Source of the DNA: a virus
Lineage: Duplodnaviria; Caudoviricetes
IMG/VR virus record: IMGVR_UViG_3300026549_002532
Location: 12,676 to 76,675 of that record
Length of the DNA: 64,000 nucleotides
Reading direction: 5' to 3' (one strand)
Shown in pieces: positions 28,813 to 39,059 of this stretch; the first letter of the stretch is position 1; each line of letters opens with the position of its first letter. The notes under the pieces are model-generated. The model was not told the origin of the DNA. It ran no database searches and saw nothing but the letters and a program-made list of their open reading frames with translations. The translations under genes were made by a program, and so were the position numbers.

Positions 28813-29778
28813 TTATAGTTTCTTGATAATAGGCTTAAAGAACTTGATAAAACGCTCGGTATAGTCCTTATACCAAACGAATATATCTTGATACTGTTTG
28901 GGGTCGGTGAAGTCGCTATTCAAGCGATAAAGGTCAATGCTTGATGTCTTTTTGCCATCAAGTCGCCGCCAATCAAGGGTAGCACCTATTGATGCTTCGG
29001 CATTTTCCTTATGTGTTAGCAGGGCATCAAAAAATTTCTTGTCCGGGTCATCAGAAATCCACAGTTGTATGGCAACTTTATTCTCTCTTGAATTTACAGT
29101 GAGATTGATTTGGAAATTGGCACGGCCTATTGCTATGCTCATCCAATGGTCGCGTGACGGACGGTGTGGGCGGAAATGACTTGATGGATTGTTGTCCATA
29201 AATTCCCTGAAAGCAGTCCAAAAGCTCAATTTGGCATTTTGCCCATCAGTATAGTTGTCTGATGCGTTTTTGGTTGAATTCCGCACATCTCTTGACCAGT
29301 CGTTGGGCTTGGCGATGACATTAAATCTCGGTGCCACATCGCCACTTGTACCAATCTTCAATAGTTGGATTTCAATGCCGAAGAAATTGAAGTCACTATC
29401 GGTGATGCGGTTGAGCCAGTCGATGGCGGCACGGTGTTCCTCGGTGAATCGCTCGGCAATCCAGATGATGGTCACAGCATCAAGACCGGCAGCATAGGTG
29501 AGGATTTGTCCGAGGTGGTTGTGGTCAGTTTTTTCAAGTTGGTTCTCGATGAGAACATAGTGGTCATTGCTGGAGTCCTTGCATAAAATGTCGGCACGGA
29601 AAGGTCCGACAGGTTTCTCCTGCGATTCAACCACAAGTTCCGACAGACCGATTGACTCGGCAAGTTGAGCGATATTCTTTTCCTCGGCAAGCCACGGAGT
29701 GAAGTCGCTCGCCTCATTGTCCCAGCAGTCTCGCAAAGGAACAATCTCTATATTTGATAAATTCAGTTTCGTTGCCAT
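28813..29778 (-). CDS. NucS-like nuclease plus DUF4268 domain protein
   Basis: EASDFTPWL, RADILC, VLIENQLEKTDHNHLGQILTYAAG. Confidence 0.8.
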   Translation of the reverse strand: MATKLNLSNIEIVPLRDCWDNEASDFTPWLAEEKNIAQLAESIGLSELVVESQEKPVGPFRADILCKDSSNDHYVLIENQLEKTDHNHLGQILTYAAGLDAVTIIWIAERFTEEHRAAIDWLNRITDSDFNFFGIEIQLLKIGTSGDVAPRFNVIAKPNDWSRDVRNSTKNASDNYTDGQNAKLSFWTAFREFMDNNPSSHFRPHRPSRDHWMSIAIGRANFQINLTVNSRENKVAIQLWISDDPDKKFFDALLTHKENAEASIGATLDWRRLDGKKTSSIDLYRLNSDFTDPKQYQDIFVWYKDYTERFIKFFKPIIKKL

Positions 29779-29782
29779 AGAT

Positions 29783-30562
29783 TCATATTTTATTCATGTC
29801 TATACTAATGCCTGCATTTTTCATCTCTTTTGCAAGTTGAAATTTCCATGAGTCATTTTTATCTATTGAGACATATAAAACACCTGAAAGATCACTGGGA
29901 ATTTCAACACCATCTTGCACAAGTGCGCAAACTCTGTTGCGACCTAATCTTGCATAAAGATACCCATGCTCAAAAATCACATTTTGGCGTGCACGAGGCT
30001 TCAATGTTGCATTATCTTCATTGACAGAACCTCTATCGCAATTAGTGTATATTACAACTCCAAAATCAGCATCTGACAATTCTTCAAATTTCTCAATTAT
30101 GGTTTTACCAGAATTAGGTTGCTCTTTTAGAATTATAGGTTCGCACTCCAACTTTTCAAGAAAACGTGCAACTTTCTCAATATACTCTTCATTGTGTCCA
30201 TGAACAATGAAGACTTTTGTTGTTCCAGTTGAGTTTTTTATAGGGGAACTTTTAACTTCCACGGAATCAACAATTTTATTTAACGCATTTAATATGCCTA
30301 AAATTTCTTGAATAATTTGAGGACGATAGCAGTATTTTTCAAACCTTACAAATAGGTCTCTAACTTCTTGCTCATAAGAACCTACCTTGATACAAGATAA
30401 ATAAAGATTAACAAGTCCTTTCCAATCTGCATAAGCCTTGCTATCTTTCAAAGTATAAGCCGTGTATGTTCTAATGACACCTCTTTGTGGAGGAACAAAA
30501 GAAATACCTTCACGAATTTCATCACCTGTACGAATAAGTTCGTCTAATGTAATATTACTCAT
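29783..30562 (-). CDS. TIR-like nucleotide-binding protein (CAP12/Pycsar-type TIR)
   Basis: KVFIVHGH, GKTIIEKFE, RARQNVIFEHG, EIPSDLSG. Confidence 0.85.
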   Translation of the reverse strand: MSNITLDELIRTGDEIREGISFVPPQRGVIRTYTAYTLKDSKAYADWKGLVNLYLSCIKVGSYEQEVRDLFVRFEKYCYRPQIIQEILGILNALNKIVDSVEVKSSPIKNSTGTTKVFIVHGHNEEYIEKVARFLEKLECEPIILKEQPNSGKTIIEKFEELSDADFGVVIYTNCDRGSVNEDNATLKPRARQNVIFEHGYLYARLGRNRVCALVQDGVEIPSDLSGVLYVSIDKNDSWKFQLAKEMKNAGISIDMNKI

Positions 30563-33500
30563 TTATTCCATTGATTGAATGTGGGATTCGATAAACTCTT
30601 GCTCAAACATATCAAGGCCATACTTCAAATAGAGCTGGCGGTCGATGTCTGATATTGACCGTGACCAGTCTATATCAGAGTTGTCTGTGAAGTCCTGAAT
30701 TGGAACATATGCCCATACAGCTGGTGGGGTATGTTGCGTGATTTTTAAGGTACCCACTAGGCATCTTAAAAATTTAGTTCTTAGATATTTCGCGCAATTA
30801 ATCGCCTCTTTTTCTGTGTCAAAAGCACCAATACTAATAAATGTTGATGTGGCAGAATCCCCTGGCTTACCAATTTCAGACTTGCCAATTATTCGTGCTG
30901 GCACTGGATTGCCTACAGTTCCAGCGGCTCCGTCTGCCTCAGAAATAAAGACTTTATGTTTTTCTATATTGTTGTTTTTAGGATAACGAGGAGATAAGTA
31001 TTTTCTAAAAACATATTTCCAAACACGATTAGAGCCAACAAGACCTAAAATGCGATAAAAATCACTTTCATTATCAACAATATCATGAAATACGTATGGC
31101 AGGGCTTCAATCGTTGATGTTTTAAGCTCGTATTCCTCGTTCGGACCTAATTCAGTTACGGCAGGGCGTTTAGATTGAATGTATCTTAAGCGATCCATTG
31201 CGCTGTTCGGAAAATCAGTCAAAAAAATGTCATTAAATTTTAAATCAGATCTTCCTCCAAACACTAATGATTTAAGACTCTCCGAATCTTTGAGATCAAA
31301 TTTTGAAGCAATTCCTCTTAGAGTATCATTTGGGAGAAATTTTTTTATAGGGGAGTATTGAGCATTTGCATTGCGCAAAATGATTACAATACCGCCATTA
31401 ATACTCACACTTGGGAAACAAACGCTTGAGTCTTGAGAAAAAAATGCAACTCTAAGATGAGGATCGTTTAACATTTTTTGATTCCATATTGCAGGTGTAA
31501 GACCTGCATTAAATAAGAATCTAGCTGGCGAAATCAGAGTATATAAATCGCACAATGCTTCAGCCAAATTATAGAAATAATGATAAACTGGAGCTTGGCG
31601 ATTATTTACATTATTAGTTTCTTGATATGGTGGGTTGCCCACTACAGCATCAAAATTTATCATAGCTTTACTTGTTGTGCCATTCCAATATCCGAGAGAC
31701 TTAATTGCTGCTACAAGACCGTCTTTGTCTGTTTTGGCACGTTCAATTAGTTTATCTGCTTTAATATTTAGTTTTTTGTCAGGTTCACGGAAGCCCATAA
31801 GGGTGCGACGTGTGATGCTCGCCGCCATCGGGGTGTTGCAAATCACGTAGATGTTTTTGCCCACCACGTCGTCCCACGCGGCTTGCTCCTCGCCAACCGA
31901 GAGGTTGTCGATGGGGTTGTCAAGCAAGCCCACCTCCTCGTAATACTTCAACAGGCGGCGGTACATCGTGTAGGTGACATAGAGCGGATAAAGCCCCGTC
32001 TTGGAATTAATCTCCAGCACACGCGAGGCGATGCCTTCGCCCTCGGCAATCTTGTGGAACACGTTCTCGGTCACGTCGCCGTGGTCCACAAAGCGAGGCT
32101 CGGTGGTGTCGATAAACTCGACCACGTTGCCGTCCTCGTCGAGCACGGCTCGCTGGTTGTCGCCGTCGAACTTCTCGTTGAAGAAACAGTAGCCGCCCAA
32201 TGTGTCGCTCATGTGCATATTCACCACGCGCCACGGGGTGAGCACCGTCTCCTTGTCGGGATTGTGGAAGGTAGAGAATATCCAGGCGATGCGCTTGATG
32301 CGGTCGTCGATGTGCATCGAGTCGGCCTCACGGGCAAGGGCACGGATGCGCTTGCCGGCAGCGGTGAACACCGCCGGATTGTAGCACTTCTTGAACTGGT
32401 TGAACTTTTGCTTGGTCACGCCACGGGGCATGAACTCTTCCCATGAGGCGGGATCGACCAGCGATGTGAAGTTGTCGATGGTGATGCCGGTGTCCTCGTC
32501 GTCGAGCTTGGCACCGTAGATGAGCAGCGGTATGCGCAGCGAGATGCCGCGCAAGATGGTGATGCGCTTGTCGCGCTCGTCGCGTTTTTTCTTCTTCTCG
32601 GCACGCTCACGCTCCAGCTCGGCACGTTCCTCGGGCGTAAGATCTGCTTCAGCTTCCTTGCCTTTCTTGCGAGCCTCACGCATCTTCTGGCGGATTTCGG
32701 CACGCTTTTCTTCCAATTTCTTGCGTTGCTCAGGGGTGAGGTTGTCAATATCCAGGGCCGAAGCCTTTTTGGGCTTTTCCATGTTGGTAGTCTTGGCAAT
32801 CTCAGCTCCCAGCTCATTCAGCTCTTTCAACTCGTCGCCGGCGATGTCGAGCAATGCGTCCACATCGTAGAGGCTGGTGTCGTTGAAGCCGTTGCGCACC
32901 ACGCGGTCAACATAGACCTGCTGCAAGCGACCGAACAGTTCTTCGGCATCATAATCCACCATCTTGCCACCTTTCAGCGAGATGACGTTGCAATATTGCA
33001 GGAACTCATCCATGTTGAGGATGTCCTGCTGCCTGTCGGTGGTGGTGGCGCTGCGCTTCTCCTTTTGGGTGAGAGGCGAATTTTGCGGTCTCGGCGATGG
33101 CATTGAGGGTGCGCTCAGGCGCGAAGTCGAAGACGTAGCACTCGGTCTTCATCTTGCCCTCGCTGTTGATGTAGGGCGACTGCACACGGAAGATGGTCTG
33201 CATATAAGTGGCCGCCGAAGTGGTGTCGCTGCCTTTCATGTAGAAGACGGCAGTCCACGGTTTCACGGTCACGCCGGTAGTCAGGCGACCGCAGGAGATG
33301 GTGATGGTGCTGGTGGCTTCGGGGCGGTCGCCGATGGCACTAAGCACCGCGTCGAGGGCGTTGGAGCGTGTCTCGTCGTCATCACCGTCACCAGCCACAT
33401 TCTTGATGGTGAAACGCTTGAAAATGCGGTGCTTTTCGAGCAACGCTTTCATGGCCTTGGCCTCTTTAACGCCCGGCACGACCCACAGGGTGTGACGGAA

Positions 33501-34529
33501 GCTACGACGGAAGGCATCAGTTGAATAAGGATAGTTGTTGCTATCGTCTTTTGTGCAAAGCAAGTCAAGGAACGAAAGTACATCGTCCTCATGTACGAAA
33601 CGGCCTACATGTTCGGGCGAAGGAAGATCTGCGAGGTCTGCTTTCTTGTTGCCCGTCCACACACGGAAAAACTCACTAAACTTGAACGTCTGACCCTCCT
33701 CAACATAGCCGCTGACGAGCTTACCGAGGTCATAGGTGTATATGTTCATACGCGGCAGTTCAGCGTAGGGGTTGGGTTCGCCCGGGTACTTCTTGTCCCA
33801 CTCGCGTTTGGCTCGCTGTTCCTTGGTGTAGTCCCAAGTGTAGATTTCGCTGTCCTCGAAGTCCTCGTAGAGGTTGAACGGCGTGCCCGAGAGGTGGAGC
33901 AACTTGGTGCGCTCTTTGGTGAGCCATTGGTCAATCACTCGCTTGCCAAGCGCGGTGCGCGTGCCCTCGTGCGCCTCGTCCACCACAACCAGGTCCCAGT
34001 TGGTTTTGAGGATGTCCTGTTTCAACTGCTCATCGTTGTCGCCGCCAACGAGCGTGGAACGGCGCAGGTACTGCATCGACACGAAGAACACCAGGCGGCA
34101 TTTGCCGTCGGTCACACGGCGATTGAGGCTGTAGAAGTCGCCGCTCGACTCATCATCGGTGCGTGTGGCATAGCGATAGTCGGTGCCATCGAAGATTTTC
34201 TTGAAATCCTCGTGCCAGCCCTTATCCACCACGGGGCGGTGGGTGACGATGAGCGTGCGCTTCACGCCCATGCGCCGTGCCAGTTCAAGGGCGCACAGTG
34301 TCTTGCCGAAGCGCATCTTGGCGTTCCACAAGAACTGGCGGAACTTGTCGAGCGGAGTGTAGGTGCGGTCTTCACTTCGGCCTGTGCTGGTGCAGAACTG
34401 CCTCAACGCTTTAGTGATGGCCTCAACCTGCTCGGGTCGAAACTCGATGGCTTCAACGGTCTCGTCGCCAAACAAGCTGTCGCTCTTGGGTTTGCCTTGA
34501 TATTGTCCAAACGTTTGATATGTTTCCAT
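30563..34529 (-). pseudogene. Eco57I-like helicase-methyltransferase-specificity protein split by one frameshift near 33073
   Basis: NAKMRFGKT, VDEAH, LSGTP in 5' ORF; TPWRVVN, EINSKTGLYPL, GNPPY in 3' ORF; joined reading AKFAS-LTQKEKR needs 2 extra nt. Confidence 0.8.
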
Positions 34530-34540
34530 ACTTCCGTTTA

Positions 34541-35638
34541 TTATTTGTTTACCTTTTTACTTTTATTCTCGTTGATCACGTCGAGGAATTTCTGCTGACG
34601 TGTTCCTTTGTCCTTGAAACTTTGGTTGGTCAGATTGTCACGATGCAGGTCAATCTTTCCGATAAAGTCCTTGATGCGGCACAGCCGCTCACGGGGCTTG
34701 ATGTTCTCGGGTTTCAGGGCTTCGAGGACATCTTCGTCGGGGAACAGGCTTGCCGACTGCTCGGCCTTGATTTTCTTAATCTCAGCATCGGTCTTTTCGG
34801 TCGGGTCGTAGCCCGGCAAGCCGTATTTCAAGCCGTCCATCTGCCACAAGTTCCACGAAATGATATAGGCCGCGCCTTTCATTTCGCCCTCGCCAAGCAG
34901 CGTGTCGAACTTGTCGAAGTAAAACTCCATAAAGGTGACAAACAACGCCTCGCGAGCGAGGAGCAGGTTGTCGCCTTGCCACTCGAAGCCGTAGGTGGCA
35001 CGCAGGGCAATCTTTGCCCACAGCAGCCACTCGGCAGAGGTGGTGGTGTTCTGCCCCACAACAATAAGCTTGCGGTCGAGCAAGCCGATGCGGTGGCGCA
35101 GGTTGCGGATGGGTTCACCGCTCACGGTGTCGTAGCGGCTCACGAGGTACGGGGCTTCACCGCAGGTGATTTCAATACGGCGTGCGGCGACGTAATCTTT
35201 CCACGTCTTGCCCTCGGTGTCGGGGAACACGATGTCGCCCTCGGTTTCAATCCACTCATGGGGATTGTCGGGGTCAGGGCGGTTGAACACGTCGGGGCGC
35301 CCGAACCACGCCTCATCGACGAGGTTGTTCTGTGCGTTGCACACCCACGATGGGGTGAACACCTCGGCCTTGTCCTTGACGCGCCGCGTCTGTTCTTCGA
35401 GCGACTTGCGGGCGCGAGGGCGCACAATTTCGCCATTGTCGCCAGTGACTGCCTCAATGGTGATGGGGTCGGAAAAACCATAACCGGCTCCTCGCTCGGC
35501 GTAGGAGTCGGTTGCCCAATAGATGTTCTCTTGGGTGGTATGGTCTTTGAGAAGCCGCTGAAAACTTTCGGGATAGTTTTCGGCTAACCAGTTCTCTCGG
35601 ATGTCAACAGGTATGTCTAATGGTTTCTTTTTCGCCAT
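34541..35638 (-). CDS. Companion methyltransferase-like subunit of the Eco57I-like R-M locus
   Basis: NIYWATD, KAEVFTPSWVCNAQNN, EITCGEAPY, YGFEWQGDNLLLARE, WNLWQMDGL. Confidence 0.8.
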   Translation of the reverse strand: MAKKKPLDIPVDIRENWLAENYPESFQRLLKDHTTQENIYWATDSYAERGAGYGFSDPITIEAVTGDNGEIVRPRARKSLEEQTRRVKDKAEVFTPSWVCNAQNNLVDEAWFGRPDVFNRPDPDNPHEWIETEGDIVFPDTEGKTWKDYVAARRIEITCGEAPYLVSRYDTVSGEPIRNLRHRIGLLDRKLIVVGQNTTTSAEWLLWAKIALRATYGFEWQGDNLLLAREALFVTFMEFYFDKFDTLLGEGEMKGAAYIISWNLWQMDGLKYGLPGYDPTEKTDAEIKKIKAEQSASLFPDEDVLEALKPENIKPRERLCRIKDFIGKIDLHRDNLTNQSFKDKGTRQQKFLDVINENKSKKVNK

Positions 35639-35649
35639 ATTTTATATTG

Positions 35650-36648
35650 TTATCTCATGCCTAAGCGTTCCATTTCGAACACCATTCCAAAGATGTACAT
35701 TGCTTGCATGAACTCCAGAGTTTCATCACTATGATAGAAATTGTTTTTGTCAATTTTATCCTCAGAGTGTAATAATGCTAATGCTTGGAACTGCGCATTC
35801 AATTTTTTAGCGGCCTCGGTGTCATAGCCAATTCCAATTATGTCAAGCACATATTCGTCCATGGCATAAACTCCACGAGGCTCAAGTAGAGTTTGAGGTA
35901 TGCCCTTTTTTTGCAAGCTATCCCAGTCAATATGCCAATGATATACTGCTCCAATACCTGCATAGATAGGCCACAGGTACCATACTAAAGGGAATAATGC
36001 GTCTTTATGGGTTTTTCCACGTTCCAATAGTTCTTGCCTTAATGCTAAACAAGTGCGTTTCTTTTCGACCATTATCTCTGGAATATGGGGCATTTTCTCG
36101 TTAGGCTCGAGAATTCCCATTCTTCTTGCTTCAGAGATAATGTTCATAGCCATTGCTATATCATTGTCGCGACGTTTGATTTTGCCAGATTCTTGAGCTT
36201 CGCGAACAGATTGTCTCAACACTTCTGCCTCTTTGCTATCTCCCACATTATTCTTGAAGATGTCGCAGAATTGAAATGCCTCTTCAAAATGCCCCATATT
36301 TTTGTATGAGGCGATAACGCCTCTAATGGCATTAGCATAGTTGTTGTCCAGCTGATATGCCATAAGAAAGGCTTTGTTTGCCTCGATATGGTTGCCTTGT
36401 TGCCCATATATAGAAGCCATATTGACCCAAGACTCTTTGTAGTCTGGGGCGATTGAAAGTGATTCGTTGAAGAGGGCTATTGCATCATCAAGCTGTCCAA
36501 TTTGCAATGCACTAACTGCCAATGTGTGGCACCAAATTGGGCAGGATTTATCACATTCTTGTGGGCATGAGTCTCCTGGGCAATCTATTTGTCCATCAGA
36601 GTCACGCCAACAAACGCCTTTTTTCTTTAAGAAATCAAATAATCCCAT
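35650..36648 (-). CDS. TPR protein with Cys-rich N-terminus
   Basis: TPR-like helices (ESWVNMASIYGQQGNHIEA); six Cys in residues ~13-40. Confidence 0.7.
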   Translation of the reverse strand: MGLFDFLKKKGVCWRDSDGQIDCPGDSCPQECDKSCPIWCHTLAVSALQIGQLDDAIALFNESLSIAPDYKESWVNMASIYGQQGNHIEANKAFLMAYQLDNNYANAIRGVIASYKNMGHFEEAFQFCDIFKNNVGDSKEAEVLRQSVREAQESGKIKRRDNDIAMAMNIISEARRMGILEPNEKMPHIPEIMVEKKRTCLALRQELLERGKTHKDALFPLVWYLWPIYAGIGAVYHWHIDWDSLQKKGIPQTLLEPRGVYAMDEYVLDIIGIGYDTEAAKKLNAQFQALALLHSEDKIDKNNFYHSDETLEFMQAMYIFGMVFEMERLGMR

Positions 36649-36657
36649 AATTCCAGT

Positions 36658-37686
36658 TTATTTATCGGTGCTTTCTGCTTGCACTGGTGTGTATATTTCA
36701 TAGAGCTTTTTCACTTTCTCAGCAATTTGGGTTCGATAGTCTTCGGGAGCGATGACTTCGAGGTCGGGGCCGAAGGAGAGAATCTGCTGCTCCAGCTCCA
36801 GGTTGGGGCGCACCTCGATGGAGAAGATGCACTGCTTACGGTCAACCACCTTTTGCGACGGGTGTAGCGGCTTGCTCTCCAAGTAGGGATAGCGCATAGG
36901 ATTGGCGCGGAGCATGATGGACTGCGCCGTTTTGTGCCGATGAACGGTGACGCCCACCACATCGTCGAAATGGTGGTCAAAGTCTATCTCGGTGTTGATG
37001 TAGTATTCCACACCGGGCATCGGCTCAAGGCTCACGATGCGGTCGAGGGCGAGGTTGGTAATCTCGCCGGTGGCATCGTTGCGCCCAAAGGCGAACCAGC
37101 GGTTGTTGTACTGCTTCAGGTAATAAGGATGGACGACAAACTCAATGTCACGGCCACCGTTCTTATAGGTGTGATAGCTGATTTTGAGCACTTTGTGGGC
37201 GGTGACGGCATCAATAATCTGCCCTAAGTATTCCAGCCCTTTGAGTAAGGGGTTCTGCTCAAAGCACACCACACCGGCACTCTTGCCGTCGAGGTTGAAG
37301 CGGCATTCGAGGTTGGTAATCACCTCCTCGATCCATTCATATTGCGACAAGCCGCGGAAACGGGTCAGCATGATGACAACTTGCTGCAGCTGCTGCGCCT
37401 CGGCCTGGCTCAGCGGTTGCTGATTGATGCTGAAGCTCGGGTCGGCATAGCGGTAGTAAACCCGCTTGCCGTCGCGGTGCTTCTCTAGTTCGATTCCATA
37501 GCTGTCTTCCATGAAATTGATGTCGTCGAAAATTTGCCTGCGACTCACACCGCCCTTGATGTTGTAGTCAATAAGGGCTTGCTCGCACGCACTGATGAGG
37601 TCGTCGATATAGAAGCGTCGATGGGTGTTGCGGAAACATGCATCGAGCGTGCGGTAACGAATATTTGCGTTCTTATTTATCGGCAT
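36658..37686 (-). CDS. WYL-domain transcriptional regulator
   Basis: wHTH N-terminus; HPYYLKQYNNRWFAFG..LALDRI; ESKPLHPSQ WCX region. Confidence 0.92.
   Translation of the reverse strand: MPINKNANIRYRTLDACFRNTHRRFYIDDLISACEQALIDYNIKGGVSRRQIFDDINFMEDSYGIELEKHRDGKRVYYRYADPSFSINQQPLSQAEAQQLQQVVIMLTRFRGLSQYEWIEEVITNLECRFNLDGKSAGVVCFEQNPLLKGLEYLGQIIDAVTAHKVLKISYHTYKNGGRDIEFVVHPYYLKQYNNRWFAFGRNDATGEITNLALDRIVSLEPMPGVEYYINTEIDFDHHFDDVVGVTVHRHKTAQSIMLRANPMRYPYLESKPLHPSQKVVDRKQCIFSIEVRPNLELEQQILSFGPDLEVIAPEDYRTQIAEKVKKLYEIYTPVQAESTDK
36668..36684. promoter_or_regulatory. GTGC-N9-GCAC copy in last codons of WYL gene
   Basis: GTGCTTTCTGCTTGCAC; no adjacent -7 element. Confidence 0.5.
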
Positions 37687-37878
37687 ATTGTTCTTGCTAC
37701 TTTTTTCGCAGGCTCAATAAGATTGAAAATCTTATTGTAACAACCTACAAAGTTACTAAATTATATTTTATATAAAGTGTGGTTATTTCGAAAATGTGGA
37801 AAACTTGCACGAAAAATCGCCGAAAGCCGCATTTTCAAAGCTATTTGAGCCCGTTTTCAGCGATTTTTTGAGCGAAAA

Positions 37879-38658
37879 TCACTTCAACTCGTCGCCCCAC
37901 ATGAAGTATGCAATCCACCTTTCGGCTCCGTCGGGATTGAGCAACGAGAAAAACAAGGCGGGATTCTGGTCTTCGCCGCCGTCAGTGAAGTATTTCGCTT
38001 CGGTCTCGGGTTTGAGACGGAACTTGCGCAGCTCACTGCCGCTGAAGAAAGTGATGGTCTCAATCGGCTTGAGGTCGTATTTCCCGGGTTGGCATAACTC
38101 GTCGCCAAGCATGCCAATCTCCACGGCAAGCGACTGGTTGGGCTGCAAGTTCGCCAAGTGTGATTGAGTGAGTGGCACGTTTACATTAGTGCCCTCAACG
38201 GTGAGGCTGGCCAGCTCCACCTTGTGGGCGGGCGGCAGGTTGTTCTCGTCAATGTCGTAGTCCCAGAGCCACAGTTTGCCTTTCACATCTGTTATCGGCT
38301 CGTCGAAAATGTGTGCATCGGTCAGGTGCCAGTAGTAGAGCTTATCATCATTGCTCTCACCGGCAGCCCAGATGCTGCGGGCGTTGTCCTTATCGATGCG
38401 CTCCACGGTGACGTAGCCGATGATGGCGTTGCCCGGCATATCGGGGAAGTCGGGCAGGTTGCCGAAAATCTGTTCGTTGAATATTTCCTGCACCCACTCG
38501 ATGGGTTCGTTATTCATCATGCGCTCAGAGGTTTTCTTACTGGTGTGAATGAGGATGCGGCCCGGCAGTCGCTTGGGTTGCCAAGTGCGGTTTTCAACGT
38601 CTTTGATACCAGCAACGATTAACGAAGCCCACGGTTGCTGAACTGATAAAACTTTCAT
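37879..38658 (-). CDS. ASCH-domain protein with C-terminal extension (likely start MKVLS)
   Basis: LSVQQPWASLIVAGIKDVENRTW..RILIH. Confidence 0.85.
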   Translation of the reverse strand: MKVLSVQQPWASLIVAGIKDVENRTWQPKRLPGRILIHTSKKTSERMMNNEPIEWVQEIFNEQIFGNLPDFPDMPGNAIIGYVTVERIDKDNARSIWAAGESNDDKLYYWHLTDAHIFDEPITDVKGKLWLWDYDIDENNLPPAHKVELASLTVEGTNVNVPLTQSHLANLQPNQSLAVEIGMLGDELCQPGKYDLKPIETITFFSGSELRKFRLKPETEAKYFTDGGEDQNPALFFSLLNPDGAERWIAYFMWGDELK

Positions 38659-38701
38659 ATTTGAAGCAGTTTTTTGAGGGGAATAATCCATTTAACTGCC
38701 G

Positions 38702-38736
38702 CAAAGGAAAAACCTAACTGTGCGCTCTATCTGCAC
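38702..38736 (-). promoter_or_regulatory. GTGC-N9-GCAC operator C plus degenerate -7 element
   Basis: GTGCGCTCTATCTGCAC 38720-38736; TTCCTTTG 38702-38709; 10 bp spacer. Confidence 0.7.
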
Positions 38737-38806
38737 AGCAAAAACTTTTTTTCAAGAAAAGCACAAAAAAAACACTCAAAGAGCGATTTCTGTGCAGCCA
38801 ATATAT

Positions 38807-39007
38807 AAAAAAGCGCAAACTGCGCATTATACAAATTGAAGGTCTTAGGACAAACCTAGCAGTCGATAATGATAGCAGTTCACGCCTATGCGGCGAGAAC
38901 CACTATACTTCCGTGACTGCTTAAAATTGAAAGTGTCCTAAGTTCTCAATTTGTCAGGAGTATAATGTTCCCTTGTTTCCTCGATGTCTGTCAAACTTGA
39001 CGTTTGA
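38807..39007 (-). ncRNA. Candidate rod-like structured sRNA between ASCH genes
   Basis: TAATTTTG 39013-39020; long stem 38832-38953; terminator GCGCA-GTT-TGCGC plus T6. Confidence 0.55.
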
Positions 39008-39059
39008 CGCTGCAAAATTAGGAAAATTTTTCTAATTGGCAGGTGATTACGAGGAAATT

